Positions 13,005 through 27,259 of a DNA stretch of 64,000 bases are shown in pieces; position 1 is the first letter of the stretch; each line of letters starts with the position of its first letter. Source of the DNA: the human T2T-CHM13v2.0 reference genome, Homo sapiens; assembly GCF_009914755.1 (NCBI RefSeq), contig NC_060931.1. One strand, 5' to 3'. The notes under the pieces are model-generated. The model saw nothing but the letters and a program-made list of their open reading frames with translations, made no database searches and was not told where the DNA came from. The translations under genes and the position numbers were made by a program.

Positions 13005-15838
13005 ACATTTATTCTATTGCTGCTGATAAGTCTCAAAGCTGTTATCCTCATAAGATCCTTCTTAATCACTTGGTGAAATCAAGGTGTTGGCAGGGCTGTA
13101 TTCTTTCTGGAGGCTGTAGAGGACAATCTGTTTCTGTGCCTTTTCCAACTTCTAAAGGCTGCCCACTTTCTATGGCTTGTGGCCTTTTCTTCTGTCTTCA
13201 AAACCAGAGATAATGGACTGTGTCCTTCTCATACTGCTGTCTGTCTATTTCTCTTCTACCTTCCTTTTCTTCCATTTAAAGACCTCTGTGATTACACTGG
13301 ACCCACCTGGATCATCCAGGATAATCTCCACATTTTAAAGTCAGTTAAATAGAAACATTAATTCTATTTGCAACCTTAATTCTTCTTTGCCATGTTGTAT
13401 TAGTCCGTTCTCATGCTGCTGAGAAAGACATACCTGAGACTGGGTAATTTATAAAGGAAAGAGGTTTAATTGACTCACAGTTCCACATGGCTGGGGAGGC
13501 CTCAGAATCATGGCTGAAGGCAAAGGAGAAGCAAAGTTACATCTTACATGGTGGCAGGCAAGAGAGCGTGTGTAGGGGAACTCCCCCTTTTTAAAACCAT
13601 CAGATCTCGTGAGACTTATTTATTATCACAAGAACAGCATGGGAAAGACCTACCCCCATGATTCAATTACATCCCACCAGCTCCCTCCCACCATATGTTG
13701 GAATTATGGGAGCTACAATTCAAGATGAGATTTGTGTGGGGACATAGCCAAACCACCACTGTCCCCTCCCAAATCTCATGTCCTCACATTTCACAACCAA
13801 TCATGCCTTCCCAACAGTCCTCCAAAGTCTTAACTCATTTCAGCATTAACTCAGAAGCCCACAGTCCAAAGTCTCATTGGAGACAAGGCAAGTTCCTTCT
13901 GCCTATGAGCCTGTAAAATCAAAAGCAAGTTAGTTACTTCCTATACAAGGAGGATACAGGCATTGGGTAAATACAGATACAAGGAGGGTACAGGCATTGG
14001 GTAAATACTCCTATTCCAAACAGAAGAAATTGGCCAAAATTAAGGGATTACATGCCCCTTGCAAGTCTGAAATCCAGTGGGGCAGTCAAATCTTAAAGCT
14101 CCAAAATGAGTTCTTTGACTTCATGTCTTACATCCAGGTCATGTAGATGTAAGAGGTGGGCTCCCATAGCCTTCAGCAGCTCCGATCCTGTCACTTTGCA
14201 GGATACAGCCCCCTTCCTGGCTGCTTTCATGGGCTGGCATTCAGTTCCTATAGCTTTTCCAGGTGCCCAGTGCAAACTGCTGGTAGATCTACCATTCTGG
14301 CATCTGGAGGATGGTAGCCCTCTTCTCACAGCTCCACTAGGCAGTGCCCCAGTGGGGGTTCTGTGTGGGGGCTTGGACCTCACATTTCCCTTCTGCACTG
14401 CCCTAACAGAGGTTCCCCATGAGGGCTCTGCCCCTGCAGCACACCTCTGCCTAGACATCAACACGTTTCCATTCATCTTCTAAAATCTAGGCAGAGGTTC
14501 TCAAGCGTCAATTCTTGATTTCCATCCCCCCACAGTCTCAACACTATGTGAAAGCTACCAAGACTTGGGGCTGGCATCCTCTGAAGCCATGGCTTGAGCT
14601 GCACCTTGGCACCTTATAGCCACAGCTGGAGCAGCTGGGATGCAGAGCACCAAGTCCCTAGGCTGCACACAAAACGGGGGCCCTGAGTCTGGCCCGCAAA
14701 ACCATTTTTTCCTCCTAGGCCTCCAGGCCTGGGGTGGAAGGGGCTGCCACAAAGGTCTCTGACATGCCCTGGAGACATTTTCCCCATTGTCTTAGCTGTT
14801 AACACTCGGTTCCTTGTTACTTATGCAAATTTCTGCAGTAGGCTTGAATTTCTTCCCAGAAAATGAGGTTTTCTTCTCTGTTGGTGCAAATTTTCCATAC
14901 TTCTATGCTCTGCTTCCCCTTTAAACATAAGTTCCAATTCCAAACCATATATTCGTAAATACATTAAACTTTTAACAGCACCCAAATTACCTCTTGAATG
15001 CTTTGCTGCTTAGAAATTTCTCCCGCCAGATACCCTAAAACATTTCTCTCAAGTTCAAAGTACCACAAATCTCTAAGGCAGGGGCAAAATGGCACCAGTC
15101 TCTTTGCTAAAACATAGCAAGAGTCACCTTTATTCCAGTTCCCAAAAAGCACCCCATCTCCATCTGAAAGCACCTAAACCTGGATTTCATTGTCCATACC
15201 ACTATCGGCATTTTAGTCAAAGCCATTCAACAAGTCTCTAGCAAATTCTAAATTTTCTCACATCTTCCTGTCCCCTTCTGAACCCTCTGAACTGTTCCAA
15301 CCTCTGCCTATTACCCAATTCCAAAGTAGCTTCCACGTTTTTGGTTATGCTTACAGCAGTACCCCATTCTACCAGTACTAATTTACTGTATTAGTCTGTT
15401 CTCACACTGCTAATAAAGACATACCAGAGACTGGGTAATTTATAAAGGACAGAGGTTTAATTGACTCACAGTTCCCCATGGCTCGGGAGGCCTCACAATC
15501 ATGGCAGAAGCAAATGAGGAGAAAAGTCACGTCTTACATGGCAATGGGCAAGAGAGCATGTGCAAGGGAACTCCCCCTTTTAAAACCATCAGATCTCATG
15601 AGCCTTATTCACTATCATGAGAACAGCATGGAAAAGACCTGCCGCCATGTTTCAATTACCTCCCACCATGTCCCTCCCAAGACATGTGGAGATTATGGGA
15701 GCTACAATTCAAGATGACATTCGGTTGGAGACACAGCCAAATCATATTATTCTGCCCTTTTTTTGTGGAAATATGACATATTCAGTTTCCAAGGATTAGG
15801 ACATAGCCTTTGGGAGGGCCATTATTCTGTCTACCACA
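13005..15838 (-). mobile_element. MLT1C/D LTR (13005-13395 and ~15760-15838) split by THE1
   Basis: gaaatcaaggtgttggcagggct...ccaggataatctcc...; resumes ggattaggac...attctgtctaccaca. Confidence 0.8.
13396..15749 (-). mobile_element. THE1 (C/D-like) MaLR provirus: LTR 13396-13758, internal 13759-15386, LTR 15387-15749
   Basis: Two homologous LTRs starting tgtattagtc and flanking ~1.6 kb of THE1 internal sequence. Confidence 0.95.
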
Positions 15839-15849
15839 AATAGTACAGG

Positions 15850-16047
15850 TATGGGTTGCAAAACTGACATACCTGGGTTACAAGTCACCACAAATTATCT
15901 AGCTTTTTTGCTGTAGTGCTCTTGTGGGGAAAGTAGTACCTCCATCACTGGGTTATATAAAAAACAATTTTTTAAAATGAATCAAAGAGGGTTTTTAGGA
16001 CTGTGACTGACATATAGTAAGATTTAAATAAATGTTAGTTATTATTA
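15850..16047 (+). mobile_element. MIR
   Basis: gacatacctgggtt...tgacatatagtaag...aataaatgttagttattatt. Confidence 0.55.
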
Positions 16048-16101
16048 AAATTTTGGTAATCTCTTGACGGTACTTGTTTGACAAAGTGATTGAGCAAAAG
16101 C

Positions 16102-16437
16102 TTTTTTCTTTTCTTTCTTTCTTTCTTTTTTTTTTTAAGACTGGGTCTCACTTTTTAGCCCAGTCTGGAATGCAGCGATGTAATTACAGCTCAGCGCAGC
16201 CTTGACCTCCTGGGCTCAAGTGATCCTCCCACTTCAGCCTCCTGAGCATCTGGGACTACAGGTATATGCCACTGTGCCCAGCTATTTATTTATTTATTTA
16301 TTCATTCATTCATTTATTTTAGAGACAGGGTCTCCCTGTGTTGCCCAGGATGACCTCAGACTTCTGGTCTCAAGCAATCCTCCCACCTTAGCCTCCCAAA
16401 ATGCTAGAATTACCGACATGAACCACCACACCCTGCC
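16102..16437 (-). mobile_element. Alu (AluJ)
   Basis: ctcaagtgatcctcccac (J-type); expanded linker; TSD-like caaaag(c/t)ttttt. Confidence 0.95.
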
Positions 16438-18537
16438 AAAAGTTTTTTATTTATGTCAAGTATGATAGTGATGAACAGTTAAGCTGTAAACTCAAGGTCT
16501 TAAAGGCTTTGAAAAAGAAAAAAATAAATTGTATAGTTCAAGAAATAAAAGCTAATTTGAAAATTGCAGTTCTAACAGAGAATATTCTATAAAGGACTTG
16601 CCCCCTTTGCCTAATTACATTGGCCTCCTAAGGAAACCTATGTCCCTTTGGCATTGTCACTCACACATGTATAAACTGCAATGTTCATTGACCCAGAGCA
16701 CAGTTTTTCCAGTCTTAATACATGTTCCCTATATTAAGCTCTGGGACTTTTCCTTCCTGTTACAAAAATAATTTCATTTTGTAAACACTTTGTGGTAGTC
16801 TCAAAATACTTTAAATACAGCCAGAGTCTCTTTCAAGCCCCAATACCCAAAAGTAGGATCTTCCGAAAAGCATCATGCACTTAATGTAAAGTGCATTTTT
16901 GCCAGCTTTAATCTGTAAGTAAACACTGCAGACAGCTGGTCTTATTGCATGAGGCTGTGTATAAACACAGTTTCAGGTCTCTAAATCTCATTAGTTACCA
17001 TACTTCCCATTCCTATTCCCACACTAAGCTTTGTCATTGGAAAAATTGGTTCATCTCCTTCTCTGTTTCTTTGCCTATCTTGGATTTTTTAGAACACATA
17101 TATGCATTTTATTTTATTTTGTTTTAAAATTATTTCCACTGAAGTCCCTCTACTTTATACCTTCCAAAAATTCACCAGTGCTTCTGTCTCATTAATAACA
17201 TCCTTTTATGTTTTCCAACAATGCTATAGATTCTTCTCATGTTTGTTTCCTTTGTTGTTTCTATGAGATTTGGAGAATGTGAGCTTCATCCACAACAGGA
17301 TCAAAAGTCTAAACCATTACATTTTGTTTCGATATATGTGTACGTTAAAAATTTATTTGAAACAAGCCTACTCACATTTTTGAAAGAGAAATATATTTTC
17401 ATTAACATAACTTAATGATACTATTGAAAATATAATGTATATTAAACAATAATCTCAAATTTTTCTGATGTTGTGTATCGTACTTAGTAATAATTATATA
17501 ATGTTTTTGTATTTAATGAATAATAAAATAAATTGAGGGTAATTATCAAGTTAAAATTAACTTCCAGGTTATTGTTTAATTTCAAGAAGAAAAATACCAA
17601 ATCAAAGTAGAACACATCTCAGAAATACTTTAGACTTTAAGCATTAATTTTTCACCTTAGATTTCTTCTTTTGGTGAGATTAAGTGCAAGCTATTATCAA
17701 ACATATAATTGTAAAATTATCTATGTGTATTTTATATCAGACTCCAAAGACTTATACTGCTATCTAGTGGCTATATTGAGTAATATAGAATTATTAACTA
17801 GGTAATCCTGCTCAAAATGCATAACACTACACCATTGCCAGTATATTTTTGAAAATAACTAAGATTGGCTTACTGTTCATCTTCTAAGAACATAAGCTCT
17901 AAAAATTGCACTTGACTTGCTTATGGAGGACAAGGTACAAATTCTTTCATTGTGAATGTAATATACTTTATGAATAAATGTATTGTTTTAATGATGAATA
18001 AAATAATGTTTAAGGATGGAAACACTGAACAAAAAAAAAATCAGATAAACACGAGAACAACCCTTAAATAATGAATCACTCTTTCTGATAATAAAAACAT
18101 AGCTTCTTCTGAATATGTAATACCTTGTCCTTGACTTTTAAACATTGCTAGGATTTTTACATTTTTACCCAGGGATTTTCTAGTGATGGTACAAACTGGG
18201 TTACATTTTAAGCAAAGCTATTTACAGGGCACATGAAGTTCAAAGAAATTCTAAGGTAACCTTTTCAGTTTATTATTTGTATATTGAGAATTCACATTGT
18301 AAAGGATAATTGAGAGTTCTTAAAACCTAAATTATTCGCAGTGAAGAAAAAGAGGGAAAGTTGCCATGTGAAGATTTGATAACCAATGTGAGGATCAAAC
18401 AGGCAAAATGTAGTGGTTAGTTGGCCTAGCTTTTTTAATGGCTGTATCACGTCTACATTATTGAAAAGATCACTTGAAAAGGATGACTACTAAGGAAAAT
18501 AACGTATTCTCCAAATGTCGAGATTTTGAAGTGAGAG

Positions 18538-19302
18538 CATTACCTGATCCCCCTCACAGTACGTGCAGCAGGGGTGTGGCTGGTCTGTTTGGCCACCATG
18601 CACTCAAACACCTTACAGGAGGGGGAGCATGCAGACGGGCAGGTGCAGGAACCAGGGCAAGCACTTTTGGGCTCTGTCCACATTGTAGCACCTGGGGTGG
18701 GTGGTACCTGACACTCCTGAAGCCCCAGTGGGCATGTTACAATGCACTTTTAGTTCTGCCATCCGCAGATGGCTTAAGTGTTAACCAGCTTAGTGCCCTC
18801 TTGGTACCCAGGTTCTTGTTGGGCATCCAGGAAGAATCAGGGACACGTGGATGAATTAAATGATGGTAAATGTGGGGGATTTTTTTGTGAGATGGAGGTG
18901 GCTCTCAGCAGGATGGATGGGGAGCTGGAAAGGGGATACAGTGGAAAGATGATCTTCTCCTGGAGTTTGGCCATCCCTTGGATCTCCTCTCTGACCATCC
19001 CCAGCCAAACTCCTCTCAATGTTCAGATGCTCCTTCTCTTCTCTCCTTCTCTGCTGCACTGTTCTGCCACTCTTCTGCTTCTCTGCTCTGCTGCTTGTCT
19101 GCTCATCCGCTTGTGGAGCCTGGGGTTTGGGGTTTATATGGGTACAGGATGGGGGGTGTAGCAGGCCAAAAGGCAACATTTGGGCACAAAAACAGGAATG
19201 TTTGTTCCATTTAGGGCCACAGGTTTCCAGGCTTGAGGTTGGGGCCTTTACCTAGGGACCACCCTCTTCTACCCAGTATTTCCCTGCCTCCTGTCCATAT
19301 CA
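18538..19302 (-). mobile_element. Solo ERV1 LTR (LTR1/LTR27/LTR28 group)
   Basis: Reverse complement starts tgatatggacaggaggcagggaaatactgggtagaagaggg; GC-rich ~760 bp block. Confidence 0.8.
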
Positions 19303-20591
19303 ATTTGACAGCACTGTCTCCACAAAGAGGGGCCAGGCAAATGTTTCAGTATTATTGTTCATAGAAGGAAGGCTAGTTCTGCTGTTTAATATCTGAAAAT
19401 TGTCTTTGCTACCCAAATACATCCCCTACTCACAGATATAGATTGAACATATACGTGCGCCCATAGATGAACATGTGCAGGATCACAGAGTTCAGATTGT
19501 TACCTAGGCTACAAGGTAAACATTTAGTTTTTCTCCTAGGGCAGTTTAACCCTAATTACCTTGAAAATTAAATAAATCTTAGAAATTTGACATTTTCTGG
19601 AAATAGCCCTTAGATATTTATAAACATATTAAATGCTATATAATTCATATAATGCTCAATAAAAATGTTAGCACATATTTTAATCATAATTTTTACACCT
19701 AAATGTTAAAATTTGTAATACTTATCATGGCTATTATTTTGGATGTCTCATGGACTCCTTAAACTCAATCAAAGTATTTAAATGAAGATCATTTAGAGTT
19801 TCTGTAAGGTTTTACTTACAAATTATTCATCATCATTTTTCAACAGTAAGGCAATTGCACAGTACAACAAAGGATTATTTATAAATTTTCAATAGGACTG
19901 AAATCATGGCTGTGTAATGAAGAGCTTCATGATGCTACTAATAATTTAATTGCTCTGAAGATACTGGAATACATCCCAAGTCAAGTGTCACCAACTACTT
20001 CTCAACCATAATGATATAAGAATAACTATTCCAAAATCATTAAATTCTGAGGTAAAGGCTAACTTAAATTGTTTAGTAAAACCTCATGGAAAGTATTTGT
20101 TGGGCCAGTGAATGCACTTGACAGACTGTGTGCTAATATGAAATGCCAGCATGTGATTACTTCAATTAAAAATCCACTGACTCGGCCGTGTCTTTTGTGA
20201 ACCTCATACAAATATAGAGAGTAATCATGAGCAATGGTGCACAAAATGACAAGTTCTGAGGAGGTTTACAACTTTTGTTGCATGTATATTATTTTTATAT
20301 TAATACTATAATAATATGACTTAATATTACCTTTAAAGTGAATGCAATATATATAATATATAGTATATATAATACATATATTATATACACACACACCCTA
20401 GAGAGAGAAAGAATGAGAGAGAAGAGAGATACTCCAAATAATAAGTGCCATCTAGTAACAATCATCTTACCTTCTTTATATAAGAATTTCCATAGCTTGA
20501 TAGAATTGTTCCAAAATGTGTGCATATATCAAAATGTCACATTGAACCTCATATTGACAATTATCATTTTTCAATTAAAAATAAACACTTT

Positions 20592-20897
20592 AGCCTGGTG
20601 CAGTGGCTCATGCCTTTAATCAATCCCAGCACTTGGGGAGGCCGAAGCAGGAGGGTCACTTGAGGACAGGAGTTCAAGACTAGCCTAGGCAATACAGAAA
20701 GAGCCCATCTCTACAAAACAAGTAAAAAATAATTAGCCAGGCACAATGGCACATACTACTAGGCCTAGCTACTCAGGAGGCTAAGGCAGGAGGATTTCTG
20801 GAGCCCAGGAGTTGGAGGCTGCTGTGAACTATGATCATATCACTGTGCTGCAGCCTGGGTAAGAGAACAAGACCCTGTCTCTAAACAAACAAACAAA
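20592..20897 (+). mobile_element. Alu (AluJ)
   Basis: Diverged dimer with ggaggctgctgtgaactatgatc and an (AAAC)n tail. Confidence 0.95.
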
Positions 20898-20939
20898 TGA
20901 ACTTTTTTCTGTTGGGGTGCAGAGAAAAAAAAGCAAAAC

Positions 20940-21126
20940 AACTATATATAGTTATATATATATAGTTTTATATATATGTAGTTATATATATAGTTTTATA
21001 TATGTAGTTATATATAGTTTATATATATAGTTATATATAGTTTCATATATATAGTTTTATATATAGTTATATATATAGTTTTATATATATGAAAGAATTT
21101 TATATATAGTTTTTTATGTAAATATA

Positions 21127-21165
<39 letters not shown>
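20940..21165. repeat. Compound (TA)n / (TATATATAGTT)n repeat
   Basis: About 225 bp TA-rich array ending in a pure (TA)17. Confidence 0.95.
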
Positions 21166-21169
<4 letters not shown>

Positions 21170-23479
21170 GAATTTCCAAAGCCGTTGAATACGTTTAAGG
21201 TTACCTATTCACTCATTTCAAATACTCAAATATTTTTAAGTGATAAAACATATGAGATGAACAGAAAGAACTAAATTACACTCAGTGGCAACTTTAGAGC
21301 CTTCAGAGACTAAAGAACAAATATATATACATATATATCATATATATGTATGAAATATATATATCTCATATATATACGTTTTAGTAAAGTAATTACTATT
21401 ACTTTAACACAGTTTATTACAAAGCAGAGATGTCATCCAGTGGCCTTCTATTAAGAGTTGAAGTTATAATCTACATGAGATCTGATGTTGGTTGTGAAGT
21501 TGATTTCTGCTCTTATCTCCCTGTTAAGAGTTTCCACCCACCAAGCTTCAATAGATTGTACAAATAATGGAAGTAGAAACAGTTTCTACTGCTATCTGAA
21601 ATATAAAGTAAAAAAGAAAAATCACACATGTGCATGAGAAAGTGTGGTTATTATTAAAATGCATGCTCTTTCATATTTTCCATCTCAGCATTTTGAAAAC
21701 GAGACGTCAGTCTTTGAAACCAGGTGAGAAGAATCCCACCTTCCTCATCAGAAGAGGAAGTGATAACTCAGGCAGATCTCTGCGTAAATCGCCATTACTG
21801 GAATCAAATCATGAAAGAAAATATTTACCATTTATACCTTTGCTTTTAAAATGTTTGAGGTACAGTTAATAAACATTTATATATTCACATTAGACTCAAC
21901 CTCTTCACCTCATGCTAATGTAAAAATTTGTCATTCTACTGCTATCACAATTGATACAAAATACAAAATCCATATAAAGATTATAATGGTTGATTAGTTT
22001 TTCAAGTGAAGAAGGAAAACAGTATATCAGTTATGCCTACAACTGTGTATTTTTTTACTTATATCTACTTGACAATTGTGGGAGACAGCATTGACTTCCA
22101 ACTCTTGAGGTCTATCGTGAGCACGTGAGCAAAAATTTGGTAAGTTTGGCTTTTGTCATACATCATCCTCCTTTATCTATTAGTACTTTGTCAATCATAA
22201 TATAATAACACCAAAGTCATTAATATTCTTCAGCAAGCTTACATTTTAATTCTTTTTCTCATTGCTCACGAATTACAAATAAGTCTTAGTATTATAATTT
22301 TAATAATATGTTGGCAGTTTATTTTCAAAGTTGGGAGTACTTGGCTAATGGAGTTATGACTTGCCTCTTCACATTTCAGGAAATATATTTTCTAATATTG
22401 CCATATTTCTAATATGATAAGCAATGGACTTATTTGAAATATATTTCACAAACTAAAAATAGTCTAACTTCTGTTCTGAACTTTATATTTTTAACAGCAT
22501 TTTATACATGCAAAATAACTATGATAGTTTTTCTCTCCAATTAAGCATTTTAAAATAACCAAAAGTAAATACTTAAAATTATTTGATATCTTTTATTATG
22601 GAGATGTCAATCAAAACAAAATCAGATACCCAGATATCCAGTATTTCTAGATATCTTAATCCAGGGGAAGATAAAAATGATTTCAAAGCAAAGTGCTTTA
22701 CACATGCTTACATTTTTAACAAAATGCTTGGAAACACAGAGAATATACATTCTAGTCTGCTCACCCAGGATCACCTCACAACATCCTTCTGGATATTTTC
22801 CTCATACTCTGCTCCACTCAAAGCACACATTTCTTCAAAATGTAGTACTCTATGCATGTTGGTTGACAGCAACCCAATGAAGCTAGACACTTACAAAGCC
22901 TGTGTTCAATTCGGCAGAAATGAACACTTAACACACCATTAAGCCAACCATTAAGGCCACCTTGTTCTCTCCGCTTGGCTGCTGCCTAACCTGCCAGGAA
23001 AAGGCACCTCAAGTGCTTCCAGTGAAAGCGACACATCACAGCAGCAGAGTGATGGATTCAAAGCACAAATAAGAGCTCCAGAGGGTGGTTGCTAGGATGG
23101 AAAAGCAGGTGACTGCTGCCCTAATATTCTGTGATTCTGTTTAAGAGCAAGGTTCAAAAAGAAAAATGCACACACAAGGAATGGACCAATCAGTAGAAAA
23201 TAAATATTTAGATAACTCTTTTCCATTGTATTCAAAAATGCTCTCTTAGAGTTTCTTATGTCTATGACTTAGAGGTAAATTTCCAACAAGCTATATTGTA
23301 TGTATGGGTGTGTGTAAAAATGTACTCAAGGTGTTTTTTTTTTCTTATTGCCACTATAACACAGTCTATAACAATTTAACAAATGAAGCAAGGTAATTAT
23401 TCTTCTCAGTGTTAAATTACTTTCTTGAGACTAGGCTGGGCTCTTTCTATGATTTAACTTATTAAATATTCACAAAAAT

Positions 23480-23600
23480 CATTTTTTTATTTTACAAATT
23501 AGGAAATAAAAATGTAAAGATGTTAAATAAACTTATCTGAATATCCAAAACTAATAACAATAGAGTTTTCAACTAAGATCTATCTGATATTTTGCCCTGA
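23480..23600 (-). mobile_element. MIR fragment
   Basis: attttacaaattaggaaa...gttaaataaacttatc. Confidence 0.45.
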
Positions 23601-23754
23601 AGCATCTGTCATTCACATAACGTCACATTACCTCTATTGAAAATTTGTTATCTAATCTTTGGTAGCTATAAATCAAGTTGTTTCATTTGCCGAGACAAGC
23701 AGCTAAGTATCTATAAATATGACACTTGGTTTGAAATTGAGCTCTGATGATTTC

Positions 23755-24565
23755 ACTTTTAGTAATTTTATGGAAATATATTTCACATACCATACAATTC
23801 TCCCATTTAAAGAATACAATTTAATTGTGTTTAATAAAGTCACAGAATTGTTCAACCGCTACCACAATCAATGTTAGAAAATTTTCCCACCCAACACAAA
23901 ACCTCATACCCTTCTGCAATCATCCTACCATTTCCCACAGTCTCCCAAACCAGCCATAGACAACCACCGATGTACTTTCTCTCTCCCTGCATTTGCCAAT
24001 GCTAAGACATTTCTAATAAATCGAATCAAACAATATGTGGTCTTCTGTGGCTGGCTTCATTCACTTAGCATCATATTTTCAAGGCTCATCTATGCTGCGG
24101 CATGAATAAGTATTTCATTCTTTCTTATTGCCAAATAATATTGCATTGTATGACTATACTACATTTTATTTATCCATTCGTCTGTTGGGCCTTTGGATTA
24201 TTTCCACCTTTTGATATTATGAATCATGCACTTATGGACATTTGTATACACATTTTTACATGGACATATGCTTCCACTCTCTTGGGCGTATACCCAAAAG
24301 GGAAATTCCTGGATCATATGGTAACTCTAGGTTTAACCTTTTGAGAAACTGCTGAAGTGTTTTTCAAAACTGTGACCCATTTTTCATTCCCAATTCTAGT
24401 TGTATGAGTCTTCACCTCTTTTTTTCTTGGTCAGTATAGACAAAGGTTTGTCAATTTTGTTAATTTATTTTAAAGAACCAACTTCTGATTTTATTTTTTT
24501 CTTTTGTTTTTCTATTCTCTATTTCTTTTCTAACCTCATTTTTTCCCCTTTCTGCTTGTTTCAGG
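23755..24565 (-). mobile_element. L1MB 3' end joined to an L1 ORF2 fragment
   Basis: cacataccatacaattc...ggatcatatggtaactct; then aaaggtttgtcaattttgtt. Confidence 0.85.
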
Positions 24566-25039
24566 TCAAGGGGTGTTTGAAGATGCTAGGTCAATACATA
24601 GGTTTGAAGAAATAAATATTTTGATTGTGTATTTACATGACTGTCTTCTCATACTCTGGATTTGAGGTTTTGGAAATCAGGAATTCTGACTTATTCACCT
24701 TTGTCTCAATTCCTGTTATCTTTGCCACAAAGTACTGCAAAAAATATGGATAAACAATTAAAACCATGTTCTTGAATGCACTGAGGAACTAACAAGAAAA
24801 TTGGGGATAATCAGAGAGTGAGAACAAAGTTAAATTAGAAAATTAGAAACAGGTAAGCAACAAGCCATTTTCACCTTGACAATATCAACCAAACAAAGCA
24901 AGGTGAATTGAGCTTTAGTTTTCACTGACCTATAGGAGTGAAACAGAATACTGTGAAAGGTAGGAAATCTGGCAAAGTAACGAGGTCGGTCCAATAAACT
25001 ATATATACACCTGCTTCCCCAGGGTAATGGCAAGGGAAG

Positions 25040-25360
25040 ACACATATTACAAACGTATCTATAGAATATTCAAAGCATACTAAAATAAAATGTATTTTTG
25101 ATTATACATACATACGTGGTAAAACTATGAAAACTATGAAAGCAGGCAAAAGAATGATAAACACTAAATTCTGATAACGTTTCCTCTGAGCAGAAAGAGA
25201 AGAGAATAGGTTACACGAAGACACATAGGGATTTTAAAGTATATGTTAAAAGAATTTTCATAAACTGGACAGTAAAATGTAGTTGTTCATGTTATTATTA
25301 TTGTACATTTTAAATAAATGTTTGGTATTTTACAACATCTGATTTTAAAAATTAAAAATA
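25040..25360 (+). mobile_element. L1ME/MC 3' fragment
   Basis: catacatacgtggtaaaactatg...gaatgataaacactaaattc. Confidence 0.55.
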
Positions 25361-25479
25361 AATATACATAGAAGGAAGCCCATAGATCATTGTAAAAATA
25401 ATATGAAACCTAAATAGTTGAATGACCAACTCAAGGTCAAACAGCTTGTTAACAAAGTCCAGGATTAAACTAAGTTTTA

Positions 25480-25830
<351 letters not shown>

Positions 25831-26320
25831 TTAAAATAGCAATAATGTAATTGGCCATACTCTGCTAACCATGACAAGTTTTATATCAATTGAAATTCTT
25901 ATTAAATGTCCTTAAAAATATAGCTACAACAATTTGCAAGAAGATTTATCCACTTGTGGCTCATTTGCCGCAAGTCCCCAATCCCAGGTTTACTTTTCCT
26001 ATTCACAAAACATTCTTGAAAAGTTGCACCCTACTGCCTTGTGTTGTCAAGATGTGTAAGTAACTTTCAATATTAGAAAAATAGTACCAAAAATTCATAA
26101 TGGAATATAATCTCTTCATATTTTCAAAAAAGAATAAATCCACATACATATAACAGGCATATGTGGACTTTTTGTGCAAAGAATCACAAGAGTTGGTAAA
26201 TTTTTGTTATGTTTATTTTACCACAATTTTCAAAAGTGGTTTTAGTCAGCTATGGGAGCTTAAAGAAATAGATCATAAAGGAAAAGTCAGACAAAGTTGA
26301 TTCTAGCATTGTTAAAAGGG

Positions 26321-26463
26321 CAGTTCTCAAAGGGCAGCTCCTGGACCAGCAGTATCAGCAACAACATCATTATCACTTGGGAAACTGTTAAAAATGCCAG
26401 TTTAGCAATTTATGTTTCAATGAACCCTCTAGGTGTTTCTGGTACTAGCTGTGAGAATCACTG
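26321..26463. mobile_element. MER5A
   Basis: cagttctcaaa...ggaccagcagtatcagc...tgagaatcactg. Confidence 0.7.
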
Positions 26464-26827
26464 ATCTATTATATAGTCAGGCTGAGAGCTATCAACTTCA
26501 GGGCAGGGATTTGCAGCCCTAAGACATATTAGAATCACCTGGAGAAATTATAAAATGCTGATATCTGGGGCCTATCCCAAATTAACTTAATTAGAATCTC
26601 TGGAGGTGCAGCTGCTATGAAAAACAGTCTGAGGTCCTCAAAAAAAATAAAAAATAGAGCTACCATATTATTCAGCAATTCCACTTTTCAGTATGTATAC
26701 AAAAGAATTGAATCAGGATCTTGAAGTGATTATCTGCACTTCTATTTTCATTGCAACATTATTCACAATCGCTAAAGCATGGAAGCAACCCAAGTAACTG
26801 TTCATTGACAGATGAATAGACTTTAAA

Positions 26828-26832
<5 letters not shown>

Positions 26833-26866
<34 letters not shown>
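26833..26866. repeat. (CA)17 microsatellite
   Basis: Pure AC run. Confidence 0.95.
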
Positions 26867-26868
<2 letters not shown>

Positions 26869-26904
26869 GTATACTATTCAAGCTTTAAAAAAAAGGATAT
26901 ACTG

Positions 26905-27259
<355 letters not shown>

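Noticed and set aside
14093-14483. 127-aa and 125-aa ORFs, similar to ORFs at 35944-37193
   Set aside because: Decayed MaLR internal sequence shared by THE1 and MST
18474-19255. Cluster of overlapping 60-127 aa ORFs
   Set aside because: They lie within a GC-rich solo ERV1 LTR that has few stop codons
22960-23115. Exon-like GC-richer stretch with possible AG/GT borders
   Set aside because: Weak splice sites, an in-frame stop and no recognisable peptide
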